Origin: Heptranchias perlo
Taxonomy: Eukaryota
Direction of reading: 5' to 3'
Length of the DNA: 64,000 bases
Assembly (NCBI RefSeq): GCF_035084215.1
Contig: NC_090359.1
Span: 24,800,001 to 24,864,000, forward strand
The position numbers and the translations under genes were made by a program. This document shows positions 1-10,850 of this stretch, in pieces. Below the pieces are notes generated by a model that was not told the DNA's origin, made no database searches, and saw nothing but the letters and a program-made list of their open reading frames with translations. Within the stretch, counting starts at the first letter, position 1. Each line of letters opens with the position of its first letter.

Positions 1-475
1 TTAGAGAGGGTGCAAAAGAGATTTACTAGAATGACTCCAGAGATGAGGGGCTTCAGTTACGTGGATAGACTGGAGAAACTGGGGTTGTTCTCCTTGGAAC
101 AGAGACGGTTGTGAGGAGATTTGATCGAGGTATTCAAAATCATGAAGGGTCCAGACAGAGCAGATAGAGAGAAACTGTTCCCATTGGCGGAAGGGTCGAG
201 AACCAGAGGACATAGATTTAAGGTGATTGGCAAAAGAACCAAAGGCGACATGAGGAAAAACTTTTTTACACAGCGAGTGGTTAGGATCTGGAATGCACTG
301 CCCGAGGGGGTGGTGGAGGCAGATTCAATCATGGCCTTCAAAAGGGAACTGGATAAGTACTTGAAAGGAAAAAAATTGCGAGGGAGTGGAACTAGCTGGA
401 TTGCTCATGTGTAGAGCCGGCACAGACTCGATGGGCCGAATGGCCTCCTTCGGTGCTGTAACCTTTCTGTGATTA
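1..475 (+). mobile_element. CR1 LINE 3' fragment
   Basis: ORF 121..414 is the CR1 ORF2 C-terminus ([11 protein letters not shown]...TRGH...[14 protein letters not shown]) followed by a CR1-type 3' UTR; a near-identical copy lies at ~26470-26935. Confidence 0.9.
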
Positions 476-792
476 AATTTAAAACAATGTACAGAAAAGG
501 AGAGGAAGCCCATCATTTCCTGCTGGTTTTTGTTCTTGGCGTGACCTGGCGACATTAGTGGAGATAAAAGGAGAGTTTCCCTGCAGAAAACCCAGAATAA
601 TTAGCCTCCCGTTCACCTCAATACCTATTTAGAGCATTTTCCCCACAGGGCGTAACTAAGCAGGGATCAGAACAAAAAAAAATTTTAAGTGCTAAATGCT
701 GCTGCCAGCATTTTGTTACTTGATTGCTGTAATGGAGCTGCCCTGAAGCATACAGCGCAGTTCAAAAGCACCAACAAATCCCTGATGTCCCG

Positions 793-3700
793 AGCCATAA
801 GAGATAGGAGCAGGAGTTGGCCATCCGGCCCCTCGAGCCTGCTCCGCCATTCAATGAGATCATGGCTGATTTTTACCTCAACTCCACTTTCCCGCCCTTT
901 CCCCATATCCTTTGACCCCCTCGCTGATCAAAAATGTGTCTAACTCAGCCTTGAATGTATTCAATGACTCAGCCTCCACAGCTTTTTGGGGTAAAGAATT
1001 CCAAAGATTCACGACCCTCTGGGAGAAGAAATTCCTCCTCATTTCCGTTTTAAACATGCGACCCCTCATTCTGAGACTATGCCCCCTAGTTTTAGATTCC
1101 CCCATGAGGGGTAACATCCTCTCAGCATCTACCCTATCGAGTCCCCTCAGAATCTTGTATGTTTCAATAAGATCGCCTCTCATTCTTCTAAACTCCAATG
1201 AGTATAGACCCAACCTGTTCAATCTTTCCTCATAAGACAACCCTTCCATACCCGGAATCAACCTAGTGAACCTTCTCTGAACTGCCTCCAATGCAAGTAT
1301 GTCCTTCCTTAAATAAGGGCACCAGAACTGTACGCAGTACTCCAGGTGTGGCCTCACCAGCACCCTGTACAGTTGTAGCATGACTTCCCTGCTTTTATAC
1401 TCCATCCCCCTAGAAATAAAGGCCAATATTCCGTTTGCCTTCCGGATTACCTGCTGCACCTGTATGTTGACTTTCTGTGTTTCATGTACAAGGACACCCA
1501 GATCCCTCTGTACCGCAGCATTTTGTAGTATTTCTCCATTCAAATAATATTTTGCTTTTTTATTTTTCTTCCCAAAGTGGATGACTTCACATTTTCCCAC
1601 ATTATATTCCATCTGCCAAATTTTTGCCCATTCGCTTAACCTGTCAATATCCCTTTACAGACACTTTGTGTCCTCATCACAACTTGCTTTTCCACCTATC
1701 TTTGTATCATCAGCAAATTTGGCCACAAGACATTCTGTTCCTTCATCCAAGTCATTGATATATATTGTAAATAGTTGAGGCCCCAGCACTGATCCCTGCG
1801 GCACCCCACTAGTTACAGATTGCCATTTTGAAAATGACCCTTTAATCCCGACTCTTTGTTTTCTGTTAGTTAGCCAATCCTCTATCCATGCCAGTATATT
1901 ACCCCCAACACCATGAGCTCTTGTGCAGTAATCTTTTATGTGGCACCTTATCGAATGCCTTTTGGAAATCCAAATATACTGCATCCATTGGTTCCCCTTT
2001 ATCCACCCTGCCCGTTACTTCCTCAAAGAACTCTAATAAATTTGTCAGACACGATTTCCCCTTCATAAAACCATGTTGACTCTCCTTGATTGTATTATGA
2101 GTCTCCAAATGTCCTGCTACTAATTCCTTAACAATGGATTCTGGCATTTTCCCAATGACAGATGTTAGGCTAACTGGTCTATAGTTACCTGCTTTCTGTC
2201 TCACTCCCTTCTTGAATAGGGGTGTTACGTTTGCAGTTTTCCAATCCGCTGGGACCTTTCCAGAATCTAGTGAATTCTGGAAGATTACAACCAATGCATT
2301 CACTATCTCTGTAGCCACTTCCTTTAAGACCTCGGATGCAAGCCATCAGGTCCAGGGGACTTGTCAGCTTTTGGACCCATTAGTTTACCTAGTACTTTTT
2401 CTCTAGTGATAGTGATTGTTTTTAGTTCCTCCCTCCCCTTTTGCCCCTTTGATTTTCGACTATTATTGGTATATTATTAGTGTCTTCTACTGTGAAGACA
2501 GACACAAAATATCTGTTCACTTCCTCTATCATTTCCTTGTTTTCCATTATTATTTCCCCAGTCTCATCCTCTAAAGGACCAATGTTTACTTTAGCTACCC
2601 TCTTCCTTTTTATATACTTGTAGAAGCTTTTACTGTCAGTTTTTATATTTCTTGCTAGTTTACTCTCATAATTTATTTTCTCCCTCTTTATTATTCTTTT
2701 AGTCATCCTTTGCTGGTTTTTAAAGTTTTCCCGATCTTCGGGCTTACCAGTAATCTTTGCCATGTTGTATGCTTTTTCTTTTAACCAGATACCATCCTTG
2801 ACTTCCTTAGTTGGTTCACCCTTTTTGTGGAGTCTTTCCTCCTCACAGGGATCTATTTTTGTTGCGAGTCATAAAATATCTTTTTAAATGTTTGCCACTG
2901 CTTATCCACCATCGTACCATCTAATCTGTTTACCCAGTCCACTTTAGCCAATTCCACCCTCATTCCTTTATAATTGCCCTTATTTAAGTTTAATACAGTA
3001 GTTTCAGACCCAAGATCCTCACTCTCAAACTGGATGTGAAATTCTATCATGTTATGATCACTGCTTCCCAAGGGATCCTTTACTTTGAGATCATTAATTA
3101 ATCCTGTCTCGTTACCCATTACCAGATCCAAAATGGCCTGTTCCCTGGTTGGTTCCCCGACATATTGGTCTAAGAAACAGTCCCTAATACACTCTATGAA
3201 CTCCTCCTCAGGGCTGTTTTTGCCAATTTGATTTGTCCAATCGATGTGAAAGTTAAAATCGCCCATGATTATTGCATTACCTTTTTTACAAGCCCCCCTT
3301 ATTTCCTGATTAATATTTTGCCCTACAGTGTAGCTACTGTTAGGGGGCCGATATACTACTCCCACCAGTGATTTCTTTCCCTTGCTATTTCTTACCTCCA
3401 CCCAAATTGATTCGACATCTTGATCTTCTGAGCCAAGATCATTTCTCACTATTATACCAATTTCATCCTTTATTAACAGAGCTACCCCACCACCTTTACC
3501 TTTTCTCCTATCCTTCCGAAATGTTAAATAACCCTGAATATTTAGCTCCCAACCTTTGTCACCTTGCAACCATGTCTCTGTAATGGCCACGAGATCATTC
3601 CCATTTGTTTCTATTTGTGCCGTCAATTCATCTATCTTATTACGAATGCTGCGCGCATTCAGATAAAGAACCTTTCATTTTGTCTTTTTACCATTCTTTC

Positions 3701-4940
3701 CTACCCCGGCCCCATTTGCTAGTGTGCTCTTATGTTTGTACGCTCTGTCCCTTCCTGACACACTCTGTCTATCATTAACCCAATCACTTTCCTGTACTAC
3801 TTCCTTGTCTTTTCTCTTTATCAATCTAAACTTCGCCCCACCTGAGCCCTCCCCGCCTCTATTTAGTTTAAAGCCTTTTCTACCGCCCTAGTTATTCGGT
3901 TTGCCAGAACACTGGTCCCAGCATGGTTCAGGTGAAGCCCGTCCCAATGGAACAGCTCCCTCTTTCCCCAGTACTGATGCCAGTGCCCCATGAATCAAAA
4001 CCCACTTCTCCCACACCAATCTTTGAGGCACTCATTCATCTCTCTGATCTGATTTACCCTGTGCCAATTTGCTCGTGGCTCAGGTAATAATCCGGAGATT
4101 ATCACCTTTGTGGTGCTGCTTTTTAATTTAGTCCCTAGCTGCTCAAACTCCCTCAGCAGAACCTCTTTCTTAGTCCTACCTATGTTGTTGGTACCTACGT
4201 GGACCATGACAACTGGATCCTCCCCCTCCCACTCCAAGTTTCTCTCCAGCCCTGAGGAGATGTCCTTAACCCTGGCACCGGGTAGGCAACACAGCCTTCA
4301 GGACTCTCGCTCTTGGCTGCGGAGAACAGTGTCTATCCCTCTGACCATACTGTCACCTACTACAACCACATTCCTTCTTACTCCCCCCACTTGAATGGCC
4401 CCCTGAACCACGGTGCCATGGCCAGTTTGCTCGTCCTCCCAGCAGTCCCTGCACTCGTCCACAAGGGCTGCAAGGACCTTGTATCTATTGGACAATCACA
4501 GGGACTGAGGCTCCTGCAATGCTCCCTCCTGGATCCCCGTACCTGCCTCACTCACAGTCACACCCTCCTGTCCCTGTCCACATGCCAATTCGACAGTATT
4601 TAGTCTAAGGGGCGTGACTGCCTCCTGGATCAAAGTGTCCAGGTAACTTTCTCCCTCCCCGATACCTCGCAATATCTGCAGCTCGGACTCCAGCCCCTCA
4701 ACTCGGAGCCGAAGTTCCTCGAGCTGCAGACACTTACCGCAGATGTAGTCGCCCTGGATAAAACTGTCCAGTAGCTCCCACATATTGCAGCTGCAACACA
4801 TCTCCTGCCCTGTCATAACTTTTATTTATTTAATTGATTACTACAGTGCCAATCAAATTATTTTTTGGTTGAACCAAGTACTGGCCTTATTTAATTTATC
4901 AAATTAAGTTTAGTTTTTTTTAAATGTAGTTTTATGCTGT
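793..4940 (-). mobile_element. CR1 LINE, near full length, disrupted (ORF1 Zn-finger/SGNH esterase; ORF2 APE + RT)
   Basis: ORF fragments 4496..4816 (CxxC...CxxC), 4298..4495 and 3995..4237 (GDS, GTN), 2853..3626 (AP endonuclease: ITETW, YRPP, GDFN, SDH), and 1899..2318, 1655..1984, 878..1612 (RT: [14 protein letters not shown]); broken by stops and frameshifts. Confidence 0.95.
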
Positions 4941-5189
4941 AAGTTTAAGGGTTTGAAGAGTTTTGAGGGCTGCTCTGGGAGTCTCCCCACTCCAAATGAA
5001 ATTGCATTAATTTCACTTCGCAATGAAAAAAATTATTAACCCCTGTGGAAGGGAACAAGGAATTCCTGAAATAAATGCAATAACCCGAAAGGGAAGCAGA
5101 TAGTAACTTTCAAAAGGGAACTGATTACATATTGAAAAGGAAAAAAACAATTTGCAGAGCTATGGGGAAAAAGCCATTCTGTGCTGCGA

Positions 5190-5990
5190 TCGAAAAGATT
5201 TTAACCGTGTTCCCGACCTCTGTTCACCGCGAGCAATGCCACGGGTGGTCGGCGGGTACCGCCAGAGACGGCGCCATTTAAAAAAACATGGCCCCCCCCC
5301 CGCCTCTCAGCCGCAAACCTGACGCCCGTTTCTCTCCTCTTTTTCTTTGGCATAGCCGTTCACCATCGCGTCCGTTTACAGCTCACTGAGGCTGTCGAAG
5401 ATGATGCCCCCGCCCAGAGAGCGAGGCGGGGAGCGGGGCGGAGAGATGCAAGGGACGGAATACTGCACCGTGCAATGTACGGCGAACAACATCCGCGAGG
5501 CGACTGTCGGCCGTGCTGTCAAGCCGAGGGGAGCTGACACGTCACCCAGCGAGCAGCACGCAGCCCCTCAGTAAGACAAACAGAGAGACTGGGGATAAAA
5601 CCTCTCTTGAACTGCTACCAAAAACCACAGAAAGATCACTTTAAGACTGACTGACGCAATTCCAACCCGCACTGATATAACTCGCGGAAAATCGACCCCA
5701 AAAAAAAACCGCGCGTCACATTCAGCAGCTGAACATGAGACGCTGAGGGGACGGGGGTGCAGTGATTTCATCTTTTGACTGAGAGACTCCCTGTTTCTTT
5801 CTCCCCCGCACCCCCGTTTTTATCGGTCCCCCTAACCGCAAAGCCTTTGGGGAACGACAATCTGTCGGGTTTTTTTTGAGTCAGAGAAATTTTTTGAGTT
5901 ATTTTAGTGGGAGTTTGCAGTAAACAATTTCTAGTCAACAAAGTCATGGCCAATGTGAGTAAAACGGGGATTTCTTTTCAAAATCTATTA
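5190..5990. promoter_or_regulatory. CpG-rich island, probable promoter
   Basis: Dense CpG in non-repetitive sequence, GC boxes (GGGGCGG), CRE-like GACACGTCA, and candidate first exons with splice donors pointing outward on both strands. Confidence 0.55.
5319..5366 (-). CDS. Candidate first coding exon of an unidentified minus-strand gene (MVNGYAKEKEERNGRQ)
   Basis: Good Kozak context GCGATGG with an upstream in-frame TAA, 16 codons, then CAG|GTTTGC donor, inside the CpG island; no homology recognised. Confidence 0.35.
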
Positions 5991-6167
5991 ACCGGGGGAC
6001 TGTGCCCATGGGTTAAGAGTTTCGAATACTCCCCGCCCCCGGGCTCTGCTTTCCTCCTGATACCAAGTGTCCGTGGGTAGGTTGTGGAGTAGACCTGATG
6101 GGTTGGTGGTGGACACAGTTCAGGGAAATGGAGAAGCTCTAGCCTGGCAGAATGTAGAAGTGAGAAT

Positions 6168-6548
6168 TGGCTTGCATTTATACAGCGTCACAAAGCTCTT
6201 TACAGTCTCTGTTGTAATGTAGGAAACGCGGCAGCCGATTTGCACACAGCAAGATCCCAAAACGAGATCGTCTGTTTTGTCTGAGGGATAAACTTCGGCC
6301 CAGGATACTGGGTAGAACTCCCCCCTGCACTTCTTCGAAATAGCGGCCGTGGAATCTTTCACGCCCACCTGAGAGGGCGGACGGGGCCTCGGTTTAATGT
6401 CTCAATTGCTAAACGGCACCTCCAGACAGTGCAGCGCTCCCTCAGTGCTGGCGCTGGGGGTGCCGGCCAGGGTTATGGGCTCTGGAGTTAGGGTTTGAAC
6501 CCACGACCTTCTGGGTCAGAGGCCAGAGGTGCGACCCACTGAGCCAGG
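6168..6548 (-). mobile_element. tRNA-derived DeuSINE (SacSINE1-like)
   Basis: Head GGCTCAGTGG...GGTTCAAACCC (A/B boxes), central TTAAACCGAGGCCCCGTC domain and L2-like tail (...TATAAATGCAAG); family assignment from recall. Confidence 0.8.
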
Positions 6549-8339
6549 GCTGATGGCGTTCACTCGGAGAGGGCGCAGGGCAAGTGGAGGGGGATGGATG
6601 GGAGAGTCGGTGTCCCACAATAGGGTCAGGGGTCAGGCTGGTCCTGGGCTGGAACATGAGGCAGCTACAAAATGGCCGTGCAAAAATGGCGGGGTTGTAA
6701 GGACCAGAGTCGTCCATTTAACAAAACGGAACCAAAAGATTGCTGACTTTGTGTTTGCTGAGTAATTGGAGTCACCAATCATGAGACACCAATCGCTAGA
6801 GGGAGAAAAGTGAACTTTCACCCAGGAAGTTAGTGTTGCTTTAATGGAAAACATCAACCTCCTCATCACTGGAGGCCCTTCTGCCCCTCTTGACCATGGC
6901 CGCTGAGGGGTTTTACGAGATACCCGATTCTCCCAGTTTTTCTACGTGATTATGAGTTCTTGATTTGGCCTAAACAGTTCTGGGTGTTTACAGTTTGTTT
7001 GATGGTTTTCACTTGAATAAATATTATTTTTGCATGCCGTACTCTGTATCCGTTTCTTCCAAATCTATCAGGTCGGCGTTTCTGCTGACTGAAGAGACAA
7101 AGTACACGCCAGTGGCAGTGATGTTTCTCAGAACTGTTTATTTTTGAGGTGGGTCCCGTTCTCCCCCCCACTCTCTCCTGCCCTGTAGGCGCTGGCTCAT
7201 GTTGAGGGATGGTTTCGCAGGCCTTGATGTCCATTCCTCACACGTACGAACATAGGTGGTCAATGGTTGGTTGGCTGTTTGACTACAAGGGGCTTCACAG
7301 CCGAGCTGGAACCTGTCCTGGCCCAGTGATTAGTTGGTGCTGAGGGGGTGGAGCGTGCGATAAGGCTGGAGTCACTCACCGTCATATGGAGAGCCATATT
7401 CCCAATCCATGGTTTGCATACTCGTAGACCTCCCGTGGCATTGCTCGCGGTAGGGATTTTTTACGACGACAGAGCGGTACACCGCCAAATGGGCGGCAGC
7501 AGATTGTCCATCTGTTGCGCAACCTGCCCAATCCCAAGGACGTCGATGTATTATTCTGCTGCTAAAGTGGAGCCACGTCTTATGTGGTTTGAGGCCGTTA
7601 AGTAAACACAGCCTGAGGTCGATCACAAGTCGAGGGAGGTTTACAGATTGTAAATTTCTGGCTGCAGGTCAGAAAAACACATCATGAGAATGATGTATAA
7701 ATAGATATGACATTATCAAAAAATATTAAAGCAGACTATTGATAAGAATTAGTTACGTTATTCTCTCACTGTATTTCCTTTGCTCTCAATTCATTTTTAA
7801 AATTTCTCCAATATTTTCCCTTGATTACCTCTTATTCTCAATCTCCTGTTCTGATTCCTTCCGCTGTTTCCTACTTGGTCGGATTGGTCTTGGTGATTGA
7901 CCATTTCAGGTAAAACAATGGGTAAGGCACTGCCTATAAAGGTCAGAGGTCATTCGCCAAACTTTTCACTTGATGACCTTGGAGATTGAAGGTAACTTGA
8001 CAGCCCGTAGAATCATCCATCTCCCCTCCCTCTACTGACCCACATTGGCTCTCAGTCTTCCCAATGCCTGAAATTTGAAATTCATGGACAAGGTGACCTC
8101 AAATCCCACCACAGGCCCTCGCCCCTCCCTATCTCTGTGACCTCCTCCAGCTCGACAAACCTCCGAGATCTCTGCGCTCCCCCAATTCTGGCCTCTTGCG
8201 CGTTCCCGATTTCCATCGCCCCACCGTCGGCGGCCGTGCCTTCAGCCGTCTAGACCCCAAGCCCTGGAATTCCCTCCCTAAACCTCGCCACCTCCATTAG
8301 GACCCACCGTAAAAGCCACCTCTTTGACCAAACTTTTAG

Positions 8340-10060
8340 CTACCCTGAAGTTGTGGAGAGTCTGGTTCAGCCTGAGGCAGTGGTTAGGGAGGGGGGTGGA
8401 ATTGGTGTCGAGGGTGTAGAGTTTGTGGCAGGGTCTGAAAACAATGGCGTCAGTCTTTCCAATAATTAATTGGAGGAAATTGTGGCTCATAAGAACATAA
8501 GAAATTGGAGCAGGAGTAGGCCAATCGGCCCCTCGAGCCTGCTCCGCCATTCAATAAGATCATGGCTGATCTGATCCTAACCTCAAATCTAAAGAACACA
8601 AGAAGTCGGAGCAGGACCCGGCCACTCAGCCCCTGGGCCCTCTCCGCCACCCACAGGGCCTTGACCGGTCCGAACTCAGCTTCATGTCCAATTTCCTGCC
8701 CGCTCCCCGTAACCCCTAATTCCCTTTACTTCTAGGAAACTGTCTATTTCTGTTTTAAATTTATCTAATGATGTAGCTTCCACAGCTTCCTGGGGCAGCA
8801 AATTCCACAGACCTACTACCCTCTGAGTGAAGAAGTTTCTCCCCATCACACTTTTGAAAGAGCAGCCCCTTATTCTAAGATTATGCCCCCTAGTTCTAGT
8901 TTCACCCATCCTTGGGAACATCCTTACCGCATCCACCCGATCAAGCCCCTTCACAATCTTATATGTTTCAATAAGATCGCCTCTCATTCTTCTGAACTCC
9001 AATGAGTAGAGTCCCAATCTACTCAACCTCTCCTCATAAGTCCGCCCCCTCATCCCCAGGATTAGCCGAGTGAACCTTCTTTGTACTGCCTCGAGAGCAA
9101 GTATGTCTTTTCTTAAGTATGGACACCAAAACTGTATGCAGTATTCCAGGTGCGGTCTCACCAATACCTTGTATAACTGCAGCAATACCTCCCAGAACTA
9201 GATGTCGGACAAGCCGTATGACAAGATAAAGGCAGTGGAGGGGTGTAGCGAGGTGGAGTTGGGGTGTGGTCAGTGCACTTGTATCCAGATGTCTTTGGAT
9301 AATTTGGTCAAGGGGCAGCAGGTCGGTGTGGAAGGGTGGTGGGGGGTCAGTGGTCAAGAATAGATCCTTGGAGGACTCCAGAGGTAATGGTGCAAGGGTA
9401 GGAAGAGAAGCCATTGCTGGAGATGCTCTGTCCATGATTGGTAAGAGTGGAACCAGGCGAGGGCAGTCCTGCTGAGCAGAACAACGGCGGAAAGGCGTTG
9501 GAGGAGACTAGTGGGGTTGATCACATTTGTGACTTTGATTAGGACCATTTCACTGCTGTGACAGGGGCGGAAACCTGATTGGAGGGGTTCAAACAGGTAG
9601 CTGCAGGAAAGGTGATTTGAGAGGCTTTAGAGAGGAACGGGAGGTTGGAGATGGGGCTAGTTTCTAGGGACAGAGGGGTCGAGGTGGGAGGGGGGGTAAT
9701 GACGGTTTGGGGGCACGGTATCTGCAGAGAGGGAAACCGTTTACAATGTCAGCTAGCACGGGGGCCAGGAAAGGAGCTGGGCGGTCAGCAGGTCAGTGGG
9801 AATGGGATTAAACGAATAGGAGGTGGATCTCATGGACAAGATGAGCTCAGAGAGGGCGTGAGAAGAAATAAAACAGGTCCAGGGCTAAGGGAGGGGGGAA
9901 CCTTAGGGCAAATTTGGCTAACTGGGCAAGGAGAAGGGAGCGGTGTGGTAGAGGTAGCTGAATGGATGGTCTCAATCTTCGTGACAAAGATGTCCATGAG
10001 TTTCTCGTGCCTGTTATTGGAGGTTAGGATGAAGGGGGCAGGGGAGAGGAGTTTAAGGAA
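8340..10060 (-). mobile_element. Degenerate L2 LINE interrupted by a CR1 insertion
   Basis: L2-type RT remnants (MSHNFLQLIIGKTDAIVF; LIKVTN; ALAWFHSY; FVTKIETI) on both sides of the CR1 at 8488-9192. Confidence 0.7.
8488..9192 (-). mobile_element. CR1 LINE 3' fragment with duplicated 3' tail
   Basis: ORF 8682..9185 is the CR1 ORF2 C-terminus; two tandem copies of the tail motif lie at 8488-8685. Confidence 0.9.
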
Positions 10061-10074
10061 AGCAAAAGAACAAA

Positions 10075-10410
10075 AGATCTTGCATTTATATAGCATCTTT
10101 CACGACCTCAGAATGACCCAAAGCACTTTACAGCCAAAGAAGTACTTTTTGCAGTGTGGTCACTGTTCTAATGTTGGAAATGCAGCAGCCAATTTGCGCA
10201 CAGCAAGATCCCGCAAAGAGCAACGAGATAAAGGACTGGATAATCTGATGGTCGAGTGATATATATTGGCCTGGACACCGGGAAGAACTCGCCTATTCTT
10301 CGAAATAATGCCATGGGATCTTTTACGTCCACCCGAGAGTTTCATCCGAGGGACGGCGCCTCCAACAGTGCAGCACTCCCTCACTACTGCACCGGGAGGG
10401 TCGGCCTAGA
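10075..10410 (-). mobile_element. DeuSINE fragment
   Basis: Same core and tail as the other copies (AATTTGCGCACAGCAAGATCCC; GGGATCTTTTACGTCCACC). Confidence 0.8.
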
Positions 10411-10682
10411 TTAACAGCTGGTAGCGGATGAAGCCGGGAGTTGTCTTCGCTCTCCAGGATGGTCCCCGAGTGGTTTCGGCAGATGAGAGTGAGGCCCGAC
10501 AGCTCTTGATGAGGCCGAGAAAGACCTTTGTATCAGATGCCCTCAAGTCTCTGTCCGTTGGACTTGAGGGAACAAAGATCAGGGCCAACAATCAGGGGGG
10601 GAAGAGGCTGTAGCTTTCAGTGTTCAAATTAGTTTCATTGTGGTAACCTGGGAACTACCTGATTTTGTAATCTCTGCTGTCG

Positions 10683-10747
10683 GGGAATTTTCTCTTCTCA
10701 TCAAAGTCTGGGGGGAAATTTCAGTGAGAAATCAAACAGCATAAATA
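10683..10747 (+). promoter_or_regulatory. Candidate promoter of the IgV gene: two kB-like sites and a TATA-like box
   Basis: GGGAATTTTC (10683-10692) and GGGAAATTTC (10713-10722), each one mismatch from GGGRNWYYCC; CATAAATA at 10740-10747, ~50 nt before the ATG. Confidence 0.45.
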
Positions 10748-10792
10748 CTGCTCCGCACAACTTTAAAAGCCCCACTTGCAGAGATTAACACG

Positions 10793-10850
10793 ATGGAGAT
10801 TGTCAGACTGGTTTCAGCTGTCGTGTTCCTCGTTGCGATCTCAGAGGCAG
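10793..10850 (+). CDS. IgV gene exon 1, signal peptide (MEIVRLVSAVVFLVAISEA-G)
   Basis: ACGATGG Kozak, hydrophobic core, SEA cleavage-like end, CAG|GTGAGT phase-1 donor. Confidence 0.85.

Noticed and set aside
912-4603. Plus-strand ORFs antisense to the CR1
   Set aside because: Shadow frames recurring in every CR1 copy, with no independent coding signal
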